A stretch of DNA of 64,000 nucleotides from the IMG/VR virus record IMGVR_UViG_3300046454_000431. One strand, 5' to 3'. Below, piece by piece: positions 55,854 through 64,000 of this stretch (position 1 is its first letter; the number at the start of each line of letters is the position of its first letter). The position numbers were made by a program, and so were the translations under genes. Source of the stretch: an uncultured virus (IMG/VR IMGVR_UViG_3300046454_000431) (lineage: Duplodnaviria; Heunggongvirae; Uroviricota; Caudoviricetes). The notes under the pieces are model-generated. The model worked only from the letters and a program-made list of their open reading frames with translations, did no database searches and was not told the origin of the DNA.

Positions 55854-58800
55854 ATGGGCGGCAAGACACAGCAGGCTTCGTCTCAGGTCACGATACCGCC
55901 GGAAGTCCTGGCGCGCTATAACGCGGTCAACGCCAATGCGCAGCAAGTGGCGCAAACGCCCTTCCAGCAGTATTCGAGCGATCCGAACGCCTTCGTCGCG
56001 CCGATGACCACGGCCCAGAACATGGGCCTCCAACAGACCGCGAACTATGCCAACGCCGCGCAGCCCGGCTTGCAGACGGCGATGGGCATGACGCAAGGCG
56101 CGATGGGGTCAGCGAATCCGTGGGATCTGAACTCCGATCAGATCAACAAATACATGAACCCGTACACTCAGAACGTCACCAATCAAATGGGCGCTCTGAT
56201 GAACCAGCAGGCCCAGACGGCGCAGTCGGGCCAACTGGGCAACGCCATCAAGACCGGCGCCTTTGGCGGCGACCGCAGCGGCATTGTGGCGGCGAACCTT
56301 CAGCAGCAGAATGCGCTGGCCTATGGCAACGCCATGGCGCCGGTGCTCCAGCAGGGCTACAACACGGCGCTCCAGACCGCCACGGGGCAGCAGGCGCTCG
56401 ATCTGCAAGCGCAGCAGGCCAACCTGGCGCGGCAGATGCAGGGTGCGGGCCAGTACGGCCAATTGGCCGGCGCGCAGCAGCAGGCGGGCCTCGCCGGCGC
56501 GCAGGCGATGATGGGCGCGGGCCAGGTGCAGCAGCAGACCCAGCAAGCGGGCCTCACTTCGCTCTACAATCAATTCCAGCAGCAGCAGTCTTATCCGTTC
56601 CAGACGGCGCAATTCATGGCGAATATTGCGGAGGGCACCGGTTCGCTGTCGGGCCAGACGACGAACTCCACCCAGCAGGCGCCGTTCTTCTCCGACCGCA
56701 AGTTGAAGGAAAACATCAAGCGAATCGGCACCGCCAAGAACGGTCTGCCGATCCACAGCTTCAACTACAAGGATGATCCGGAAAAGCTCACCCGCCTCGG
56801 CTTCATGGCCGACGAGGTCGAGAAGAAACATCCGGAGGCGGTGGGCCTGGCCGGCGGCTATAAGACCGTCGATCACGAGAAGGCGATGAAGAGCGCCGGC
56901 GGCAGCGTCACTGACTTCGACCAGGGTCGAGCCTATGATCGCGGCGGCTTCGACCTCGGCGGCGCTGCCAGCACCTATGACCCGTCCTGGCAGTCTGTCG
57001 CCCAGCGGCACATGGCGGGGTTGCAGGGTCAGCAGCAGGGCAGCGGCAGCACTTTGTACGGCGGCAAGAGCCGTCACGTTCCAACGACGTCTGGCGCTCG
57101 CTACAGCCTGCCGAATGCGCCTGGCATGCCGGCGGCAAAGCCGTCAGGTCTGAACCAGGCTGTCGGAACGGCGCAGGCGACCGTGGGCCTCGGCCAATCG
57201 CTTGGCGACGCCTATAATAAGTACACCGGCAAGGATCAGCCTGCCGCCACGACCACCGCGCCTGCTGCTGGCGGTGCGCCTGCCACGCCTGCCGCGCCTG
57301 TGGTGGCGAACAAAGCGCCTGGCACACCCGATCAACCCGACGTCACATATTTGCGCCGTGGCGGGTTGGCCACCGGCGGCAGCGAGCCTGTCGTCATCGC
57401 TGCGGCGCCGCCTGCCGCCGTCGCTTCATCTCAGGGCCTCGCGGCGCCTGGCGTTGCCGATGTCGTTACGCCGACGGCTCAGTACCAAGAAGGATTGGGC
57501 AAGGCCCAAGATGCGCAAGTGCGCGCGAACGACATTCAGCAGGCTGACCGCGACGCAGCAGCGAAGGCTGGCATGTCGTTCAAGCCCGACTGGGACAATG
57601 GTTTCCTGGCGCAAGCCGATCTGGCCCGTTCGATGGGCGTCTATGGATCGCTGAACGGCTATCACGACCCAACCCATGGCGGGTCGTATCTCGGTTTCGC
57701 GGATGGCGGCGCGGCCAGCACGGATGAATACAAAGCCCCCGATCCGAACGCCACTCAGGACACGACGAAGCAAAACATTCCGGACGTGCATTCAACCTAC
57801 AAGTTGCCCGATCCGCCCAAGCCGCCAGGCGGCAGTGGAAAGAGCGGAGCCGGCCAGGCGCTGGGCGCCGCCAAATCGCTTATGGGCCTCGCTTCCCTCA
57901 TTCCCGGCGTCGGCGCCGTCACTGCTCCCCTTGGCGCCGTAATGGGCGCGGGCGAGGCGTTGGCCGGCGCCAGCGGCGGTCTGATGGTCGCTGGCCGGCG
58001 CCGCAAGCGCAAGGGCCTGGCCGCTGGCGGTCAGGGCGAGGGCGTCGATTACATGAGCGAAGGTGCGCAGGGGCGTACATACGATGACCCAGAGCAGCAA
58101 ACTGCCCTTAATCTGGATCGCATTAAGGATCTTGAGGGCGAGAACAGTCAAACCGGTCTGGGCGGTAAGGGCAATAGCGTAGACAACATGAGCGAGGCCA
58201 ATCAAGGTCGCATGGCCCCGAATGATACAGAAGCGCAAGACGCATGGCGATTGGAGCATATTCCGCGCGAAGATTTGCACAAGGAAGTACCGCCGGAAAG
58301 GTTGGCAAAACTATTCCCGCCGACGCAGGAAACGCCGCCTCCAGGTGTGCTTGGCCCGTGGTCGAGCCAATCCGCGTCTGCTTCTGTTCCTAATTCGGGC
58401 GAGCGGCTGCTCAACACGCAGCCAACTACGCGCGATGCCCAGACTGGCGCGGCGCCGGTCGAAGGGTCTGGTTTCGACAAGCCGCTCAATCTCGGAAGCG
58501 GGCAGCTATATCAAAGGCCACCGGATGTTCCGGCCACGCCTGAACAGGCTGCGGCGGCGAATGCGTTGCGCAGATCTCCTGAAGCTGCCGCGCTTGCAGG
58601 CGCGGAGGAAGCGCGTCAAGGCAAGGCGGCGGATGCTGTAGCACGGGAGAAGGATTATCAGGCGCGTCATGCGCAATCGTGGACGGATTCGCTGACGGGC
58701 GTGAAGCCTGATCTGGCGCCTGAAACACCTGAAGAAGAGAAGGCCCGCTTCGCCCGCTACGATTCGACCACGCCGACGACACGCGAGGAAGCTACTGCTG

Positions 58801-60461
58801 GTCCGATCACGCAGCCTGGTCTTAGGCCGTCAGACGTCGCCGCGCTCGCTGACAAGCCGGCAAATCTCGCGACCGCCACGGCTCCTGCTGCGGTTCAGGC
58901 TGAAGTCCCCGCAACTCACGAAGCGGGCCTGGTGCTTCCGCCCGAAGCCAGAGGCGCGCCGCCTCCAGGGGTGACCGACGCCCGCACGTTCCCGCTGTCG
59001 CCGGCGCCGCTTGGCGGCGATGTCGCGCAGCCTGCGGCTCCTGCCCCCGTTGTGAAGCCTGCGGCCCCTGCGGCTCCCGCAAGGGTGGCGCCGACGCCTG
59101 TGGCGCATCCCGCCGCCGGCGCTGGCGTTGCGCCTGCCGGCGCAGCGGCCAGGGCGCCGACCGACGCCAACGGCAATCCCATCGAGCAGTTCTTTGGGGG
59201 CCTCGGTCGCGGTGTGGGCGATTTCTTCCACGGCGTCGGCAACATCTTCACCGGCGGCGCCCAGCAAGTCGGCAACGTCGTCAACAGCGCGGGCCAGACG
59301 GTCAACAGGGCCGGCCAGGCTGTCGGTAGCGCGGTCAGCAATACAGCCCAGGCTTTCGGCAATGAGATTGGCGGGCGCTACAACGAACTGATGAACGGTT
59401 CGCCAAAGATGATGTCGCCTGGTGGAAGATTTAACGCCCAAGGCGTCGATCCGCGCCTGCTCAATAACATCACGGAAGCTACGAGAGGTCTGCCACAAGG
59501 TTGGCATGCGCAACTCGAATCCGGCTTCCGCAATAACGATCCGCGCCAGCACGGCAAGGGCGCGGCGGTCGATGTCGCGCTCTACAACGAGAAGGGCGAG
59601 AGGCTTGCTAATTACCAAGACCCGACCACCTTCCGCGCCTACGAGAAATTTGCACAGGATTTCAGGGCGGCGCAGCAGCACAACAATCCCGAACTGGACA
59701 AGGCTACGCGCTGGGGCGGCTACTTCAGCGGCAAGGCGGTCCAGCCTGGTCAAAAATACGATGCCGAGCATCCCTACGGCGCCGTCGATCTGATGCACTT
59801 CGACCTCGGCGGGCGGGAAGGCCTCGGCATGCTTGGCGGCTCGTGGGAAGGCGGCATGACAGCGAAGCAGCATGCGCTGTTTCCCGGCGCCACGTCTGTC
59901 GGCATGGGTCAGCGCCCGTCTGGCGGATATCCGACGGCAGTCGCTACCGGCGCCGATGGCTCCAGGACCAGCGCGACGGGGCAGATCCAGCCGGGCTATC
60001 ACAATGGCGTTCAGGGCATCCTCTCGCAGGAGGAATCCTTCCGCGACAAGCCGTACTGGGACAAATCTGCCGGCGGTGGGGGCGCGTGGGCTATTGGCTA
60101 CGGCACTCACCAGATCGCGGGCGCCGACGGCAAGATGCGCCCCGTGCAGCAGGGCGATACCATCACGCCACAAGGCGCCGCGCAGAATATGGTGCAGCGT
60201 CTGCAAACGGAGTTTCTGCCGAGAGCGGTGCAGAAAGTCGGGGGCCTCGATACCTGGCGCGCTCTGCCGCGCAATGTCCGCGACGGCCTCGGCTCGACCA
60301 TTTGGAACTACGGCAACCTGCCTGATCGGGTCGCTTTCGTGATCCGGAATGGCGGCGGTCCCAACGAGATTGCGAACGCGGTGTTGCAACTCGGCGGCAG
60401 GACGGAGGCGGCCCGCGAGCGCCGCGCGCGTGAAGCGGCGCACATTCGTGGTGGAGGTTGA
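55854..60461 (+). CDS. Multidomain ejection/pilot protein: Gln-rich N-terminus, internal S74 domain, M15-like peptidase and lysozyme-like C-terminus
   Basis: SDRKLKENI...GFMADEV (~56690); SGFR...HGKGAAVD...WGG...HFD (~59500-59810); EESFRDKPYWD...WAIGYG (~60030). Confidence 0.75.
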   Translation: MGGKTQQASSQVTIPPEVLARYNAVNANAQQVAQTPFQQYSSDPNAFVAPMTTAQNMGLQQTANYANAAQPGLQTAMGMTQGAMGSANPWDLNSDQINKYMNPYTQNVTNQMGALMNQQAQTAQSGQLGNAIKTGAFGGDRSGIVAANLQQQNALAYGNAMAPVLQQGYNTALQTATGQQALDLQAQQANLARQMQGAGQYGQLAGAQQQAGLAGAQAMMGAGQVQQQTQQAGLTSLYNQFQQQQSYPFQTAQFMANIAEGTGSLSGQTTNSTQQAPFFSDRKLKENIKRIGTAKNGLPIHSFNYKDDPEKLTRLGFMADEVEKKHPEAVGLAGGYKTVDHEKAMKSAGGSVTDFDQGRAYDRGGFDLGGAASTYDPSWQSVAQRHMAGLQGQQQGSGSTLYGGKSRHVPTTSGARYSLPNAPGMPAAKPSGLNQAVGTAQATVGLGQSLGDAYNKYTGKDQPAATTTAPAAGGAPATPAAPVVANKAPGTPDQPDVTYLRRGGLATGGSEPVVIAAAPPAAVASSQGLAAPGVADVVTPTAQYQEGLGKAQDAQVRANDIQQADRDAAAKAGMSFKPDWDNGFLAQADLARSMGVYGSLNGYHDPTHGGSYLGFADGGAASTDEYKAPDPNATQDTTKQNIPDVHSTYKLPDPPKPPGGSGKSGAGQALGAAKSLMGLASLIPGVGAVTAPLGAVMGAGEALAGASGGLMVAGRRRKRKGLAAGGQGEGVDYMSEGAQGRTYDDPEQQTALNLDRIKDLEGENSQTGLGGKGNSVDNMSEANQGRMAPNDTEAQDAWRLEHIPREDLHKEVPPERLAKLFPPTQETPPPGVLGPWSSQSASASVPNSGERLLNTQPTTRDAQTGAAPVEGSGFDKPLNLGSGQLYQRPPDVPATPEQAAAANALRRSPEAAALAGAEEARQGKAADAVAREKDYQARHAQSWTDSLTGVKPDLAPETPEEEKARFARYDSTTPTTREEATAGPITQPGLRPSDVAALADKPANLATATAPAAVQAEVPATHEAGLVLPPEARGAPPPGVTDARTFPLSPAPLGGDVAQPAAPAPVVKPAAPAAPARVAPTPVAHPAAGAGVAPAGAAARAPTDANGNPIEQFFGGLGRGVGDFFHGVGNIFTGGAQQVGNVVNSAGQTVNRAGQAVGSAVSNTAQAFGNEIGGRYNELMNGSPKMMSPGGRFNAQGVDPRLLNNITEATRGLPQGWHAQLESGFRNNDPRQHGKGAAVDVALYNEKGERLANYQDPTTFRAYEKFAQDFRAAQQHNNPELDKATRWGGYFSGKAVQPGQKYDAEHPYGAVDLMHFDLGGREGLGMLGGSWEGGMTAKQHALFPGATSVGMGQRPSGGYPTAVATGADGSRTSATGQIQPGYHNGVQGILSQEESFRDKPYWDKSAGGGGAWAIGYGTHQIAGADGKMRPVQQGDTITPQGAAQNMVQRLQTEFLPRAVQKVGGLDTWRALPRNVRDGLGSTIWNYGNLPDRVAFVIRNGGGPNEIANAVLQLGGRTEAARERRAREAAHIRGGG

Positions 60462-60463
60462 CA

Positions 60464-62068
60464 ATGGCTGACCCAACGACTGACGACGTCATGCTGGGCA
60501 CTAATGCCGGCGCTCCTGCACCCGTGGCGCCGGCTAAGATCGATTCAGATCCTGTCGTCGCCAAGGCCTTGCCCGTGGCCAGGGACGCAGTGTCGCCGCC
60601 CTTGCTCGCGCGCAAGCCTGCTGATGCGGCGCCTGCGGACGATAAGGGCGGTGGCCAGAAGGGCGGCGATTGGTTCGGGCAGAACCGAAGCTGGCTGATC
60701 CCGCTGTTGAGCGGCGTTGGCGGCATGGCCTCTTCGAACAGTCCCTACCTCGGCACCGCCCTTCTGCAAGGACTGGGCAAGGGCGCGGAGGCTTATGCCG
60801 GCGAACAGCAGGCGGAAGGCAACCTGGAGCACACCCAGGCCGGCAATCGCGGCATGAACATCGAAAACCAGCAGCGGGCTGTGGATCTCGGAAAGAGCGG
60901 CATTTGGACAGACAATGCCGGCTTTGATCGGGTCACCACGGCAGATGGCCGTTCCATGCTTTTTGCTACGTGGCTTCAGAAGGACAAAGCAGGAGAACAT
61001 ATCCCGCTTGTTGGCGAAGACGCGGTGCGCAGTTCACGGAAATACCTGGGCGAAACCAAGACGCCTGACGTATATGGCGGCGGCGCGAAAATCGCTGGCG
61101 CTCCTGATGCGCCGGTCGCCCCCAGCGCGCCGGTCGCCCCCAACGCGCCTGGCCCAGCAGGCGGCGCTGATAACGCCGGCGCTCCTGGCCCAGCAGGCGG
61201 CACTGACGGTGGCGGCGGCAGTTTTCTTCCCACAGCCAAGCCCCTTCCGCCGAAGACGGAAGAGGAAGCCGCGACAGCCGTTGGCGACAAGGGCCGCGCG
61301 ATCATGGCCGATGCGCAAGATCGCTACATGAGCAACACCAAGGACTACAATACTGCAAAAGCAGGGTCGCAAAAACTTGCCGATCAGGTGTCCGCAGAAG
61401 CGGATTTCGCCAAGGGCCAGCGCAGCAATGTGTACGCCCTGGGCGATAAGCTTCTTTCGCTGCCCGAAGAAGGCTTTTTGAAGCCTGACATTGCGGGCGA
61501 TGTGACCAACAGGGTTGGAAATTACTGGAACGCGGCGATGGACCGTTTCAGCAAATTGTATCCTGATTTGGCGCAATACAAATTTGATGAGCATGACTTG
61601 GGGACTAAAATAGCGGCTGATAAATACTCGAAAGGGCTGGCGTTTCTCCAGGCCCATGGCATGGGTCAGCAGTCTCTCGGCGGTCTTCAGGAGGCTATCG
61701 GCATTGTCCCCAGCGGCGGCATGACCAGAGACGCTGCAATTCAAGTGCTCTCAGGAATGGCCAAGGGCCAGCAGCGAGCCATCGACCGCGATGCCTACCT
61801 CAATGATTGGGAGAAGACGTCGCAGCATGATAATGCGGGGATGCCACGTTGGACCGCTAAAGACGCCATGCGCGCTTTCGAGGCCGAGCACGGAGATCGC
61901 TACGGCAAAGAGGGTGCGGCGTTTGAAAAAGTGCTCCGCATAAAGCACAACACCACGAAGAAGAGCATGTTCTCCGACATTTACAGTGGCGCGACGCCTG
62001 CGTCGGAAGCGGACAAGGCGACAGGCATCAAGGCCATGTCTCGTTGGTTCAAAAACTATTCGGGGTAA
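60464..62068 (+). CDS. Internal virion / ejection protein (putative)
   Basis: GGAGG RBS; hydrophobic Gly-rich N-terminal segment; helical C-terminus. Confidence 0.6.
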   Translation: MADPTTDDVMLGTNAGAPAPVAPAKIDSDPVVAKALPVARDAVSPPLLARKPADAAPADDKGGGQKGGDWFGQNRSWLIPLLSGVGGMASSNSPYLGTALLQGLGKGAEAYAGEQQAEGNLEHTQAGNRGMNIENQQRAVDLGKSGIWTDNAGFDRVTTADGRSMLFATWLQKDKAGEHIPLVGEDAVRSSRKYLGETKTPDVYGGGAKIAGAPDAPVAPSAPVAPNAPGPAGGADNAGAPGPAGGTDGGGGSFLPTAKPLPPKTEEEAATAVGDKGRAIMADAQDRYMSNTKDYNTAKAGSQKLADQVSAEADFAKGQRSNVYALGDKLLSLPEEGFLKPDIAGDVTNRVGNYWNAAMDRFSKLYPDLAQYKFDEHDLGTKIAADKYSKGLAFLQAHGMGQQSLGGLQEAIGIVPSGGMTRDAAIQVLSGMAKGQQRAIDRDAYLNDWEKTSQHDNAGMPRWTAKDAMRAFEAEHGDRYGKEGAAFEKVLRIKHNTTKKSMFSDIYSGATPASEADKATGIKAMSRWFKNYSG

Positions 62069-62074
62069 AACACC

Positions 62075-64000
62075 ATGGCGCAGGCGTCAGAATACAGCAT
62101 CGATCCTGTGGCGCCGGCTCCCGTTGACGCTCCTGCGAATGTGACTGCGACTGCTCCGAAACCTGGCGGCAACACTGCCGCTGACTACGGCGACGATCCT
62201 GTCGATTCCTCGAAATCGGGCGCGAATGCAAAGGTTGCGACGCCCCAGCCGCCGCCCGATTACGCCAATATGTCTGGTTGGGATGTCGCCAAAGGCACCG
62301 CCAAAGCTCTTATTCCGTCAGCAGCCGCGAAAGTGGGCGACGTAGTTTCAGGCTTGGGCAGCGCGGCCAAGCATGTCTATGACACGCATGAGCTTCCCGG
62401 CAAAGATCTGGTTCAAGGCGCCGATGCATGGGTTAACAGGAAGCTTTCGGACTATGCTCCCGAAACCATGAAGATGGTCAATAAGGCGATAGGCTACACG
62501 CCGCCTTCAGACGCGGAGTACGAGGCGAAGGTGAAGCCGGCGACCGAAGCCGCTTCTGCTGCTTACCACAGCACCGTGGACCCCTTCACATCGTGGCCTA
62601 AGTTTGCTGAAAAGATGACCACAGATCCTATAGATCCGCTGCTCAACGCCGCCAGCGTGGCGATGCCGGTTCTGCGCGTGGCCAGAACTGGAGCCGAAAT
62701 GGCTGGCCTAGCCAAGGGCGCTGGAGCCGCCGCCGATCTCACCAAGGTGACGACCCCCGGCGAGCTAGGCCAGGCTGTCCACGGCGCCGCGTCTGAGGCG
62801 CTCGCCGCGAAAGATCTCGCTTATAAGAAAGCTTTCAGCCACACCGCTACGTTTGATCCTGCTGCGGCTCAACCCATCATGAGCGAAGTGCAGGCCAACC
62901 TTGCGAAGACGCCGAACTTCCCAGGCTTGAACCGTTTCGACAAGAACCCGCACCTCGCGGACGCCAAGGCGGCGTATGACCACCTGGACAACAGTCTCAA
63001 GACCATAGATCCGAATGACTTCACCATGCCGAATATGGAGAACATCCGGCGTGACCTCCAGCAGAAGGCGATGGAGACAGAGAGCGGCCCCGCTCGATAC
63101 ATGATCGGCCAGATGATCGACGGGATCGACAGCGGCATCAGCAAGGTGGCGACGAAGCCGGGAATGTACGCGGGCGACGGCGCTGCGGTGGCGAGCGATA
63201 TGGCCAACGCCCGTAAGCTGAACGTCGATTGGATCAAGCAATTCGGCAATGAAGCGCCATCGAGCTTCAAGCCCACGATGAACACGCTCCCGAAAGACTT
63301 GGCGACGGCTGATGACAGCCATTTCCACGCCGCCGGCACGGGCCTCGGCAATGCGCTGATGAACGAGGGCAAGGGCGGCGTTCTCTACAATCACCTCAAG
63401 CAATTTGTGCCGAAGGAAACGCTCGACAATTACCTGCGTCAGCCGATGCTGGCGGGCGATTCGGCAACCGTGATGAAGCGGCTGAACACGCCCATCGCGC
63501 AAAACGTCTTTGGCTCCGATCTCGACAGGGCCAAGCGGCTGGCCGCTTCGCAGGACACCAAGACGCTCATGGGCAAGGTGGCCCCGGTCGCTAAGTGGGG
63601 ATTGGAGGCAGCGGCGCCTTTCGTTGGCCACGCGCTGCTTCCGGGTGGCGGCGGCGCCTTGGCTGGAGCAGCAGTGAGTGCTGCCGGGGAGCTTGCGAGC
63701 AGGAAGTTTTTCCCGCACGGCGTCGGCAACAGAGCGCCGCTCTTTGAGCGTTACGCGGGCAAGCCGGCGCCTGCGGTGGCCCTGCCAGATAAAGGGTTGC
63801 GCGCTGCGCTCCCGCTGGTGAGGCCAAGCAGTTACACGCAATTCCTCAAGCCTTCGACCTACAAGGGCGGGAGGCTTCCCGTTGCAGCCATCGCCGGCCA
63901 TCGCCCGCCTGTCGGCGCCACCGCCACGGCGCCAGGAGAACCGACCGCAGACACGGCGCCGAGCGTCAATCCGCTGGCGGGGATGTCCTATGGCTACGAC
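62075..64000 (+). CDS. Large internal virion / ejection protein (partial, runs off the right end)
   Basis: ATG at 62075 (MAQASEYSIDPV...). The frame appears open to the window end and is absent from the track, which lists only ORFs with a stop. Confidence 0.65.
   Translation, partial: MAQASEYSIDPVAPAPVDAPANVTATAPKPGGNTAADYGDDPVDSSKSGANAKVATPQPPPDYANMSGWDVAKGTAKALIPSAAAKVGDVVSGLGSAAKHVYDTHELPGKDLVQGADAWVNRKLSDYAPETMKMVNKAIGYTPPSDAEYEAKVKPATEAASAAYHSTVDPFTSWPKFAEKMTTDPIDPLLNAASVAMPVLRVARTGAEMAGLAKGAGAAADLTKVTTPGELGQAVHGAASEALAAKDLAYKKAFSHTATFDPAAAQPIMSEVQANLAKTPNFPGLNRFDKNPHLADAKAAYDHLDNSLKTIDPNDFTMPNMENIRRDLQQKAMETESGPARYMIGQMIDGIDSGISKVATKPGMYAGDGAAVASDMANARKLNVDWIKQFGNEAPSSFKPTMNTLPKDLATADDSHFHAAGTGLGNALMNEGKGGVLYNHLKQFVPKETLDNYLRQPMLAGDSATVMKRLNTPIAQNVFGSDLDRAKRLAASQDTKTLMGKVAPVAKWGLEAAAPFVGHALLPGGGGALAGAAVSAAGELASRKFFPHGVGNRAPLFERYAGKPAPAVALPDKGLRAALPLVRPSSYTQFLKPSTYKGGRLPVAAIAGHRPPVGATATAPGEPTADTAPSVNPLAGMSYGYD

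Noticed and set aside
1..64000. Integrase, att sites or prophage boundaries
   Set aside because: None was recognised, so lifestyle cannot be determined from this window. The Leu762-type PolA is only a weak hint of temperateness.

Overview
The window is a continuous 64 kb stretch of a GC-rich tailed dsDNA phage genome, and no host chromosomal genes are visible. The morphogenesis module is podovirus-like and the host is probably an alphaproteobacterium (inference from promoter style and small exported proteins). 1-10.6 kb is a replication module: VRR-NUC nuclease, RHH regulator, SF2 helicase, Cas4-like exonuclease, SSB, an atypical PolA and a C5 methyltransferase. 10.7-17.6 kb holds small early/accessory genes behind repeated sigma70-type promoters. 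17.7-20.6 kb is a Prim-Pol/helicase gene, followed by an iteron-flanked AT-rich putative origin (20.6-20.9 kb). 21-23.5 kb is a divergent early block with a 15-bp operator array and a candidate packaging/terminus site. 24-64 kb holds TerS, TerL, a putative anti-defence cluster (two DUF2829/Tad2-like genes and a Gp49_66-family gene), portal, an ART plus glycosylase-like fusion, GroES-like chaperone, scaffold, capsid, three fibre genes, a GH19 lysin, tail proteins and large ejection proteins. The most interesting signals are: (i) a recurrent xxxGG motif at domain boundaries of at least five late proteins, together with a stand-alone gene made of the domain that follows this motif in tape-measure proteins, suggesting a virion polyprotein processing/targeting system; (ii) the ART-glycosylase cargo protein; (iii) the sponge cluster with a small duplicated domain; (iv) PolA active-site substitutions; (v) two operator families. 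All protein calls come from motif recognition by eye; no searches were run.
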